This document shows, piece by piece, positions 56,505 to 63,736 of a stretch of 63,736 nucleotides of DNA. The position numbers and the translations under genes were made by a program. This DNA is from a virus (Duplodnaviria > Caudoviricetes), in the IMG/VR virus record IMGVR_UViG_3300020045_009460, positions 1-63,736 of that record; one strand, given 5' to 3'. The notes beneath the pieces were generated by a model. It had not been told where the DNA came from. It did not search any database and saw only the letters and a list, made by a program, of their open reading frames with translations. Within the stretch, counting starts at the first letter, position 1. Each line of letters starts with the position of its first letter.

Positions 56505-56874
56505 CGTCGGCTCCAGATAGCGCCGCCAGTGCTATTACCGCCGCCCGTTCCAGCATCACTTTAGTTTCGCTGGCATATAAATTACCAGCGTCGTCAGCAC
56601 CGATACACTCGTTTATTGCATCTCTGTATTGGATGCAAGGATAAGTGTTGCCATTAGGGAAGTCGAGCATGACAATGATGTAGCGCACCCGGACCCTCCG
56701 GTCATCACACTCACCTCTTACATAACACAGGGATTTATTGAGAACGTGAAGCTTTACAAATAGACTGGACACGTGGCCTTTCCAGAACCGTGTATTCGCC
56801 AGTGCTACTTCTACGTTGGGATTCTTATTTGACTGCGGTGATACAGGGATGGTAAAATCTTTAGTTCTGAACAT
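56491..56874 (-). CDS. Hypothetical protein
   Basis: AGGAG RBS; coupled to the primase gene. Confidence 0.65.
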   Translation of the reverse strand: MFRTKDFTIPVSPQSNKNPNVEVALANTRFWKGHVSSLFVKLHVLNKSLCYVRGECDDRRVRVRYIIVMLDFPNGNTYPCIQYRDAINECIGADDAGNLYASETKVMLERAAVIALAALSGADDAHS

Positions 56875-56956
56875 CAGCTACTCCTAAGGAACGGTCCTAC
56901 CTAAGTAGGACGGACAACTCGCCGGGGTATTCTAAACAGGACCGCGAGGTAGATCC

Positions 56957-56986
56957 ATTATACCACATATAAAAAACTTATGTCAA
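56957..56986 (-). promoter_or_regulatory. sigma70 promoter (primase operon)
   Basis: TTGACA-18-TATAAT with TGTGn. Confidence 0.8.
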
Positions 56987-57373
56987 TAGATATCTCCCCA
57001 TCGCACCAAGAACTGCGGCGGGACTCAGCCCTTCTTTTATATTTTTAACTGCAGTAATTACATCATCCGGGTATCCGCACGCTTTCAATGCTTTTACTGC
57101 ATCCTTTTGCTTTATCACATATACTGCCATCGTTGAATCCAGTTTGGGCTTGATATTCAACGCTTTAAATAATTCGTCGTGGGTTACTGACTCCCCAGCG
57201 TACCCCGCAGACCTGAATAGATCATCTACCGCAACGTAGACAATCAAATCGGTCCTATATGAAATCGTGCCGATAGGCAATTTACGCATTACGCGATAGA
57301 TGATGTACTTTATCGGGCTGCAGCCCACGCGCAGCAACTGAACTTTAGCTTTCGCCATTTTCCGAGCCTCCAT
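56978..57373 (-). CDS. Hypothetical basic protein
   Basis: First gene of the leftward arm. Confidence 0.6.
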   Translation of the reverse strand: MEARKMAKAKVQLLRVGCSPIKYIIYRVMRKLPIGTISYRTDLIVYVAVDDLFRSAGYAGESVTHDELFKALNIKPKLDSTMAVYVIKQKDAVKALKACGYPDDVITAVKNIKEGLSPAAVLGAMGRYLLT

Positions 57374-57385
57374 AGTAAAAAGACC

Positions 57386-57414
57386 ATTTTAACACGACGC
57401 TCTACATATGTCAA
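57386..57414 (-). promoter_or_regulatory. sigma70 promoter
   Basis: TTGACA-17-TAAAAT with TGn. Confidence 0.8.
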
Positions 57415-57870
57415 TGATTCCACGTTAGATATGAAGGTTAGGTGACGGGCCAAAAGAACTATTGCCGAAAGCCCGAAGCGGGTTAGATTGATCACCTGAA
57501 ACAGCAGACGGGTTAGATAATTCGGAGAACGCCAAGCCCCGAAGGACACGGGATGTAGGGCAGTCGACATATGTCAGGATAGGTTAGGGGTATACCTATC
57601 CACATCGGCCAAAAAGAAAGAAAACGAGCCAAAGCCACCGTCTTTGTCCCGCTGTGGCTGCTGTTCTCTCCGATGTCTCCGACCCCCTATTACCCCTAAC
57701 CCCCTAACCTAAAAAAATAAAAAAGGAGGAGAGGCCGCGTCGGACGGGGTTCTTGGTGCGGACGGGTATTGGTTAGATTTATACGTTAGATCGGCCTCTC
57801 CCTATCCTAAATGATTAGCGCGCTGTTGGTTCATTTACCGGTCGTTAATTGTTATCACCTGAATTGCTAC
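57415..57870. other. Divergent non-coding region with copy B of the repeated element; candidate replication origin
   Basis: About nine (G/C)GTTAG or CTAACC motifs; 32-bp identity to 9838-9869; close to the primase gene. Confidence 0.55.
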
Positions 57871-57899
57871 TTGACACACGTCTATAGATGTGCTATAAT
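57871..57899 (+). promoter_or_regulatory. sigma70 promoter
   Basis: TTGACA-17-TATAAT with TGTGn. Confidence 0.9.
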
Positions 57900-58005
57900 C
57901 GCTGTTCGCAGTTATTAATCCGCCGCTTTTCCTGCGCATTGTTGTCTTTGTGCTATGATACTACCACCACAATGCGGCGAGTTTAACCGAGTTTAGGAGA
58001 GAAAA

Positions 58006-58347
58006 TTGAAAGAGTTAAAAGACACCGGGGCTGCTTACCGGTACAACGTCGAGGTCATGGGAAAGGTAGTAGCCGATGCTATTATCGACCTGACTTCGCT
58101 TAAGTATGATCCTGCAGAAGTAATTGCTAATTACACCTCATTGTTACATGATATGTTTGATGAGGTCCCTCATGGCCACAGTTACATCAATCTGGCTGAC
58201 CGTCTTATTTATCTATCATCTGTAAATCCTCATGTGTTAGTGGGCAAAACTGTGCCGAACACTGGAGACTATGCCTCACATAAAGAAAAGATGGACATGT
58301 GGCGGCGACCAACCTTAGAATCAGGAGAAGTAAATGCGCAATGTTAG
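58006..58347 (+). CDS. Hypothetical protein
   Basis: AGGAG RBS, TTG start. Confidence 0.6.
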   Translation: MKELKDTGAAYRYNVEVMGKVVADAIIDLTSLKYDPAEVIANYTSLLHDMFDEVPHGHSYINLADRLIYLSSVNPHVLVGKTVPNTGDYASHKEKMDMWRRPTLESGEVNAQC

Positions 58348-58831
58348 TGATAATGGTTTACGTTTTACAGCGGCGTTTGAAAGTTTTCGCAGTGCTCCCT
58401 ATTTTGCCACTGCAGACGAGCGCGCAAAGGGGCTTTACACTTGGGGCTTTGGTCACACCGGTACAACACCCCCTCGCAGTAATATTACACTGACTGATGC
58501 GTACACACTGCTAAAAGCTGATATGGCCAAGGCAGTGGCGTTTGCAGATGCTAATGTCAGTAAAGACCTCAACCAAGCACAGTTCGATGCCATTTGCGAC
58601 TTATGCTTTAATGTGGGCAAACAAGTCGTAGCTAAAGATGCTGTTTTGGGTGATTTTGATGACGCCGCTCGTGATGGTGATGTGCCAGCACTTCGCATTA
58701 AGCTACTGCAATTTAATAAGCAAAATGGCGTAGTACTCCCCGGTCTTGTTCGTCGTGCCGCAGGCCGATCAGCGCTGTTTGATGGCTCTTCTTGGAGTGA
58801 TGCTGAAGCCGCCGGACGGGCAGCAGTATAA
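58334..58831 (+). CDS. Endolysin (GH24 lysozyme)
   Basis: FES...PY...TWGFGHT; LNQAQFDA...FNVG; LPGLVRR. Confidence 0.92.
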   Translation: MRNVSDNGLRFTAAFESFRSAPYFATADERAKGLYTWGFGHTGTTPPRSNITLTDAYTLLKADMAKAVAFADANVSKDLNQAQFDAICDLCFNVGKQVVAKDAVLGDFDDAARDGDVPALRIKLLQFNKQNGVVLPGLVRRAAGRSALFDGSSWSDAEAAGRAAV

Positions 58832-58845
58832 CGTCATCCCCGAAC

Positions 58846-58874
58846 TTGACAAGGACGTCAAAACTTGTTATAAT
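58846..58874 (+). promoter_or_regulatory. sigma70 promoter enclosed by an inverted repeat
   Basis: TTGACA-17-TATAAT; CATCCCCGAAC 58835-58845 / GTTCGGGGATG 58881-58891. Confidence 0.9.
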
Positions 58875-58920
58875 AACGTTGTTCGGGGATGGCCTCGATA
58901 TGCGGGAGGAGTGAAATGAA

Positions 58921-59260
58921 ATGAAAAAATCAGTGTTGTTGGTAGAGATAAACAAGGCAGTGCGTGCCATGGATGCGGCTTTAGATGAAGTAAAGCGTGA
59001 TGAGGGAGGTAAATTTTCATCAGGTGGGGGTTCTGCGGGCTGGTAGTTCCAAACAGGCTGCAAATACCAGCCCGCAGGCCCAGCGTTTGCAGAGTATCAT
59101 CAAGAACGGGCCAAGAACGAAAAGCGAGCATGCTATTGCAGCAACACATTATACAAAGCAAGCATCGGCAGCCAGAAGAGCTGGTGACCTGACTAAGGCT
59201 GCTAACATGGAGAAGAAAGCCAAAGGTCATAAACAAAAAGCCACGGCAGGTCAGTGGTAA
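58921..59260 (+). pseudogene. Putative internal head protein split by a +1 frameshift near 59035-59040
   Basis: 58921-59046 encodes ...RAMDAALDEVKRDEGGKFSSGGGSAG; continues in the +1 frame as AGSSKQAAN... Confidence 0.55.
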
Positions 59261-59291
59261 CAGTTTGTTACATTTTTAGCATGTGCAATAC

Positions 59292-59320
59292 TTGACAGGG
59301 ATGTCGGGCCATGATATAAT
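59292..59320 (+). promoter_or_regulatory. sigma70 promoter
   Basis: TTGACA-17-TATAAT with TGn. Confidence 0.9.
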
Positions 59321-59371
59321 TGTGTTATCGGGAGGCGACGCCTTCCACCACTAATCACAAGGAATCACATC

Positions 59372-59797
59372 ATGGCCGCTAAAACAACTTACACCGCAAA
59401 AGACCCGAATGGCGTTGAACACACTCGCACTACCGCCCGCGTTTACTCTCACGCAGTATTTTCCCGTCTGGACCTTGCAGCTAAGCGTAAAGAAGCCACC
59501 AGTGCAGTAGTGGCAGAAAACGAACGCCGCAATCACTCTTACTACGTTGATTCTGTGAAAAACAATTCTAATCGTGAACATAAAAACGATGAATTTGATC
59601 GCCTCTACTTGCGCTTTGCCTCCATGACTCCTGAAGAATTCGTAGCCGAACGCGTTGCTGAAAGAATTTGCTTGATTAACGCATGCGGTGAAGGTGAATT
59701 TAGCGATGCGTGGTATGAAGTGGGCTTTTGTGGTCGTATTGATCTGGCTCAAAAAATGGCCGCTAAATACCGCAGCGCAGTTATCGTAGCTCTTTAA
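59372..59797 (+). CDS. Hypothetical early protein
   Basis: AAGGA RBS after promoter. Confidence 0.75.
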   Translation: MAAKTTYTAKDPNGVEHTRTTARVYSHAVFSRLDLAAKRKEATSAVVAENERRNHSYYVDSVKNNSNREHKNDEFDRLYLRFASMTPEEFVAERVAERICLINACGEGEFSDAWYEVGFCGRIDLAQKMAAKYRSAVIVAL

Positions 59798-59838
59798 TTC
59801 TTAAGCGCCAAGGACGGCGCACTTAACGGAGATTCTAA

Positions 59839-60384
59839 ATGAAAATTACCAAGCAAGAGTTAGTCAAATTTGAGGCGTGCCGAGGTGGGCTTGCACGCTT
59901 TGTTAATCAAACCGGCGGCACTGACGAAGCTGTGGAAGTGTCAAGCCTTATCGGCGGTTTGAATACTGTATCGGATCTGGCTTGGCTTGCCGGTAAAACT
60001 CTGTCAAAAGGGGAGGTTCTACGGTTTGCATGTGACTGCGCGTTGATGAATATTGATTTAATTAAGCCTTATACAGTTAGGTTTGAAGAAATTGTGGCCT
60101 TTTTAAAGGCACCGCATGGCGGTGACGCTGACGCGGCTGCTTATTGTGCTCACGCTGCCTCTTGTGACGCTCACGCTGCTTATGCCGCTGGCGACGGCAT
60201 CGCCTGTGACGCTTCTTATGCTGCCTATGCTGCCTATGCTGCCGCCTGTGCCTATACCAGCAGCACTAGTAACATTTACGCCGATAACGCTGTCTATGCT
60301 GTTACTGATGTTGTCAATGCAGCCATCAATGCTGCTGATAGCTGCATTGAAATAAATGACCTGATGCGGGAGCTTTTTAAATAG
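59839..60384 (+). CDS. Hypothetical protein with Ala/Tyr-rich repeats
   Basis: AC..G...F...DL.WL...RFACDCA, then AAY/DA repeats. Confidence 0.7.
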   Translation: MKITKQELVKFEACRGGLARFVNQTGGTDEAVEVSSLIGGLNTVSDLAWLAGKTLSKGEVLRFACDCALMNIDLIKPYTVRFEEIVAFLKAPHGGDADAAAYCAHAASCDAHAAYAAGDGIACDASYAAYAAYAAACAYTSSTSNIYADNAVYAVTDVVNAAINAADSCIEINDLMRELFK

Positions 60385-60412
60385 TCCTATTATCCGGGTG
60401 ACTGTGCAATAA

Positions 60413-60441
60413 TTGACACGGGCTTTGTCCCGTGGTATAAT
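60413..60441 (+). promoter_or_regulatory. sigma70 promoter
   Basis: TTGACA-17-TATAAT; CACGGG-N6-CCCGTG. Confidence 0.9.
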
Positions 60442-60486
60442 TGTGTTATATGGGCATCGCCTATCACCACTTAACGGAGATTTGAA

Positions 60487-60678
60487 ATGAACTTTCCAGT
60501 AACAGTTAAAAACGGTAACACAGAAATTACTTCCGCTGATCGCAACGTAGCAGACCAAGTAGATACCCGCCCACTTGATGATGACGGGTATCTCATAAAA
60601 CCCCGAAAATCACCCTATCCGATAAACTCCATCACCCGCAGGCACAGGCGCACAGCATCCCCAGAGGATTGTGCGTAA
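60487..60678 (+). CDS. Hypothetical protein
   Basis: GGAG RBS after promoter. Confidence 0.55.
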   Translation: MNFPVTVKNGNTEITSADRNVADQVDTRPLDDDGYLIKPRKSPYPINSITRRHRRTASPEDCA

Positions 60679-60681
60679 TAA

Positions 60682-60710
60682 TTGACACGGGCTTCGGCCC
60701 GTGGTATAAT
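60682..60710 (+). promoter_or_regulatory. sigma70 promoter
   Basis: TTGACA-17-TATAAT; CACGGGC-TTCG-GCCCGTG. Confidence 0.9.
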
Positions 60711-60758
60711 TGTGTTATAGGGAGGTGTCGCCTCTCATCCCGACACAAGGAACATCAG

Positions 60759-61019
60759 ATGAAAGTATTGACCAAAGCTAGATTCATCAGGTCGACGCTG
60801 AAAGCGCTGGAATCAAAGGCTTCAGATTTCAAGGACGCAGGCACGACTAATGGTAACGCCATTAACAAGGTAGTGAAAGACGTCGAAAACGCTGCTTATG
60901 ATTCTGGCCTGTTCGAAACCGGCGAAATCTCCGCACACACTACAGACCGTTTCGGCAATCCTTATAAACTGCAAGATATGCTGAACTGGCGTGCGATTTT
61001 CCTTAACTATCTGAAATAA
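60759..61019 (+). CDS. Hypothetical protein
   Basis: AAGGA RBS. Confidence 0.7.
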   Translation: MKVLTKARFIRSTLKALESKASDFKDAGTTNGNAINKVVKDVENAAYDSGLFETGEISAHTTDRFGNPYKLQDMLNWRAIFLNYLK

Positions 61020-61048
61020 TTGACATGAGCCAAAACACGTGCTATAAT
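61020..61048 (+). promoter_or_regulatory. sigma70 promoter with -10 in a hairpin loop
   Basis: TTGACA-17-TATAAT; 14-bp inverted repeat 61025-61038/61049-61062. Confidence 0.9.
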
Positions 61049-61080
61049 GTGTTTTGGCTCATTTTTTATAGAGGTTAACT

Positions 61081-61359
61081 ATGAACAAGTCACACGCCGA
61101 AGCGATAAAAATCAACGAGTGGTGGGATAACGAGGCGTCCGATGAGACCTTGGGTATCGACCATGCCGTTTTTGCCTCTCAACTAACCGCTGATTTCAAA
61201 TGCACTGTGCACACGTCAACGGATTGCCAAGACGAAGATGCTGCAATGCAGCTGATGCATGTCGAAGCGCTTGAAATGAACATGGTGCTCGAACGGTTTC
61301 CGCACCACTGGCCAGAGTACAACGCCGCCAAAGAATGGTGCTCAACAACTCTTTTATAA
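61081..61359 (+). CDS. Hypothetical acidic protein
   Basis: GAGG RBS. Confidence 0.7.
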   Translation: MNKSHAEAIKINEWWDNEASDETLGIDHAVFASQLTADFKCTVHTSTDCQDEDAAMQLMHVEALEMNMVLERFPHHWPEYNAAKEWCSTTLL

Positions 61360-61368
61360 GGGTGCGAA

Positions 61369-61839
61369 ATGTCAATTTTAGTGTTAAAAGATATGTGCGG
61401 CGGTGACGACGTCGTTATTGATTTGGTAAGAGATGCTGACCGTCTGCGTTTAGGTGTTGATTCTACCGGCGGCTTTAAAGATGGTGACTCGGTGGATAGG
61501 ACCATTCAGTTGTCCATGGCGGAAGCCCGCAGATTAGTGTCTGCATTGGACGCTGCCATAAACCCGCTTAAGCCACAAGTTGGGGACACTATCCGGGTTC
61601 TGCAGGACTATTGGATGTACAAAAAATCATATGAATATACTCTGGAGGAGTTTAGGTTGACTCTCGGGTTTTTCAAATCAGAACAGCATAGAGAGGCTGG
61701 TGTATTTACTGCTCTTAGTGATGAAGATTTATATGACAGCGGTCCGGACAGCAAGAGCGAGTATATCTCAAATTTCGGGTCGTATACCTCAAACCAAGTA
61801 CCAACATTTGAAATAATAAGGAGAAAGTCCGATGCCTAA
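61369..61839 (+). CDS. Hypothetical protein
   Basis: Operon position. Confidence 0.7.
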   Translation: MSILVLKDMCGGDDVVIDLVRDADRLRLGVDSTGGFKDGDSVDRTIQLSMAEARRLVSALDAAINPLKPQVGDTIRVLQDYWMYKKSYEYTLEEFRLTLGFFKSEQHREAGVFTALSDEDLYDSGPDSKSEYISNFGSYTSNQVPTFEIIRRKSDA

Positions 61840-62047
61840 ACATACTACACACGTAGGCAGACTGGCCGCCATGGGCTTGGGCGATGTGTTGATGGGCCGC
61901 GTGTGGGTCGGCTTGAATGACTGTGGCGACCACTGGGTCACAAAAAGCGGCGTGCGGTATAACAAGGTGGATGGCCGTTGTGACTACACCGATGCTTCAC
62001 GTCTTGATTTAAGAACTGTACAGCTGGATAGGAAAATGTATGACTAA
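61832..62047 (+). CDS. Hypothetical protein (W.T.SG.RY.K..G...RLDL paralogue 1)
   Basis: AGGAG RBS. Confidence 0.7.
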   Translation: MPKHTTHVGRLAAMGLGDVLMGRVWVGLNDCGDHWVTKSGVRYNKVDGRCDYTDASRLDLRTVQLDRKMYD

Positions 62048-62309
62048 GTATATCGGCACCGTGACGTTCGAGCGCAATCCGAAGAAATCGACCCATACTG
62101 GCATTGTAGTGGTTAAAATCTCTGTAAACGGAATACCGGAAAAAGTCTCAGAAACTGAAGTGCGCATTCGCGAGACTCCTAAGTATTGGATTACAGACAG
62201 TGGCCTTCGCTACAGCAAACACAAAGGGGGTTGGTGCGCTAGTTTCCTAGGCGCTCGTCTTGACTTATTATCGACAAGACGCATTAGGCCGGGGCAGTTT
62301 CCATCATAG
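62040..62309 (+). CDS. Hypothetical protein (W.T.SG.RY.K..G...RLDL paralogue 2)
   Basis: Motif shared with the upstream gene. Confidence 0.7.
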   Translation: MTKYIGTVTFERNPKKSTHTGIVVVKISVNGIPEKVSETEVRIRETPKYWITDSGLRYSKHKGGWCASFLGARLDLLSTRRIRPGQFPS

Positions 62310-62317
62310 ATCAATAC

Positions 62318-62346
62318 TTGACACGGGTTCCGGCCCGTGCTACAAT
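62318..62346 (+). promoter_or_regulatory. sigma70 promoter
   Basis: TTGACA-17-TACAAT; CACGGG-N6-CCCGTG. Confidence 0.85.
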
Positions 62347-62373
62347 GTCTTGGCTCATTTCGGAGATAAAATC

Positions 62374-63033
62374 ATGTTCAAGCGTATTACAGTAAAATTT
62401 GTTCCACCTCACATCATCTTTGAAGTAGTGGACGATGATGTGCCGGATTTTGTCGCGCCAATGACTTATTCATGTGAGTCATTGGCGGAGGCTAAGTCGT
62501 TTGTGCATTTCAGCCAAAGAAAAGGCGATATCACAGCTCCTGTCCACGACAGCCTTTTGAGGGATATCTACAGGATGGAGCTTGGGCTGCAGCCCCCAAT
62601 AAATATTAAAAGGCTGGAATCGATTACTGTCAAAACTGATGGTGACCGCATCTTTTTCACAAGCCGTCGTTCGGGATATGAAAAAGAGCCGTGCGGGATG
62701 TTCGCTAATCAGGCCGATGCTCGTGATTTTGTCGAGACATTGCTGGCCACAGGGCGTATCACTACGTATTTGCGTGATTCATTGATATCCACGATAGATA
62801 AACTGAACGTTGGCACCGACCCGGTCACCGTGCATCCTAACGACATACGGCCCGAAAATACAAACACGATTCTTAGCGTATCTGAGCATCCTGATAGCGT
62901 GAAGGTTGCACGGGATTCCGAAGTCGTTACGCTGGAAGCAATTATTGCGCAACTGAGGGATAAAGTAAGGATGCTGGAAAAGCAGCAGGAAATCAACCTA
63001 CGTTATATTTGGGAGCAGAAATATGACAAATAA
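62374..63033 (+). CDS. Hypothetical protein with a duplicated ~75-aa domain
   Basis: ITVK...IF...A..FV....G.IT....DSL...I occurs twice. Confidence 0.7.
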   Translation: MFKRITVKFVPPHIIFEVVDDDVPDFVAPMTYSCESLAEAKSFVHFSQRKGDITAPVHDSLLRDIYRMELGLQPPINIKRLESITVKTDGDRIFFTSRRSGYEKEPCGMFANQADARDFVETLLATGRITTYLRDSLISTIDKLNVGTDPVTVHPNDIRPENTNTILSVSEHPDSVKVARDSEVVTLEAIIAQLRDKVRMLEKQQEINLRYIWEQKYDK

Positions 63034-63736
63034 CCCGTTACGCGAAGCAGCACTGAGAGCCGGGGGTGAAAGATGGAGATATTCAATGTTGACGCCATAC
63101 AGCACTCCCGCCATTGTTTCTTCAGACGGCTCGTGTGTTATCGACCTATCCGGCAGCGACACGCCAGCAAAATATGCCCTCTTTTTAAGTCAAGCAAATC
63201 CCGCCGCCATCATTGCTTTGCTTGACCAACTGGATAGCCTGCGTAAAAGTTTTGATGAACTGGCGGATATCGTCGGCTTCTCAAAAGAGCGCTGCGACCA
63301 GACTGGTGATTCACCGATGGACTGCGCGCGGGGACTGGTAGTTGAGAATGTGGGGTTGAAGTGGTTAATTGAGCAACATGCAGGAGGTTTTGCTGTCTGC
63401 CCGAACTGCTCACACGAAGACCCGTCCGAAACTGACGATATTGTAATTATGTATCGATCAATGAAAACCCTAGTTACCGCGCATATTGAAGCACGGAAAG
63501 GCGATCGAGTGCCGGTTGCATTTTCTTACAAATATGCCAACTGCGAAACATGTGAAGGGTTCCAAGATTGGCACAGTGAACTAAGCACGGAAAGGCCGCC
63601 AAAATGGATGATTGAAACCGGCAAAGTCACAGAACTGGTTGAGCTGTTCGCTGCTCCGCTGGATAACATCGTGGTTCTGCCTGCGTTACCGACCACTCCA
63701 ATAGTATCGACACAGCCTTTTAGTTTGCGTGATATT
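63023..63736 (+). CDS. Ead/Ea22-like protein, continuing across the junction to a stop at 193
   Basis: Translated by hand: MTNNPLREAALRAGGERW...FLSQANPAAIIALLDQL (Ea22-like); open to the end and through 122-193; ATGA overlap with next gene. Confidence 0.75.
   Translation, partial: MTNNPLREAALRAGGERWRYSMLTPYSTPAIVSSDGSCVIDLSGSDTPAKYALFLSQANPAAIIALLDQLDSLRKSFDELADIVGFSKERCDQTGDSPMDCARGLVVENVGLKWLIEQHAGGFAVCPNCSHEDPSETDDIVIMYRSMKTLVTAHIEARKGDRVPVAFSYKYANCETCEGFQDWHSELSTERPPKWMIETGKVTELVELFAAPLDNIVVLPALPTTPIVSTQPFSLRDI

Noticed and set aside
60120-60330. Diversity-generating or regulatory repeat (GCTGCCTAT-like units)
   Set aside because: Explained by Ala/Tyr/Asp coding repeats; no reverse transcriptase in the genome
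63616-63736. Biological direct terminal repeat
   Set aside because: It falls mid-ORF and the frame continues across the join; typical assembler overlap of a circularly permuted genome

Overview
Complete, circularly assembled genome (~63.6 kb; bases 1-121 repeat at 63616-63736) of a tailed dsDNA phage with a contractile tail, probably infecting Enterobacterales or related Gammaproteobacteria (inferred). No integrase, repressor, tRNA, RNA polymerase or sigma factor was recognised. The + strand carries accessory/early genes (57.9 kb across the junction to 9.6 kb) and a Bcep781-type head/tail module (10-36.7 kb). The - strand (36.8-57.4 kb) carries replication genes and a complete 2-aminoadenine (Z-genome) pathway: dpoZ, purZ, mazZ, datZ. 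Most striking: (1) an intact Dam-family N6-adenine methyltransferase lies between dpoZ and purZ in a phage predicted to replace A with Z, suggesting a possible doubly modified base (N6-methyl-Z); (2) about 30 near-consensus sigma70 promoters, 29 with an extended -10, drive even the late genes, and many sit in inverted repeats; (3) the portal is fused to a pyrophosphatase-like domain; (4) a duplicated non-coding element rich in GGTTAG; (5) a strand-specific structured RNA; (6) three tandem paralogues of an unknown domain; (7) a SNF2 helicase with a broken Walker A. All family assignments are by eye from motifs; no database search was run.
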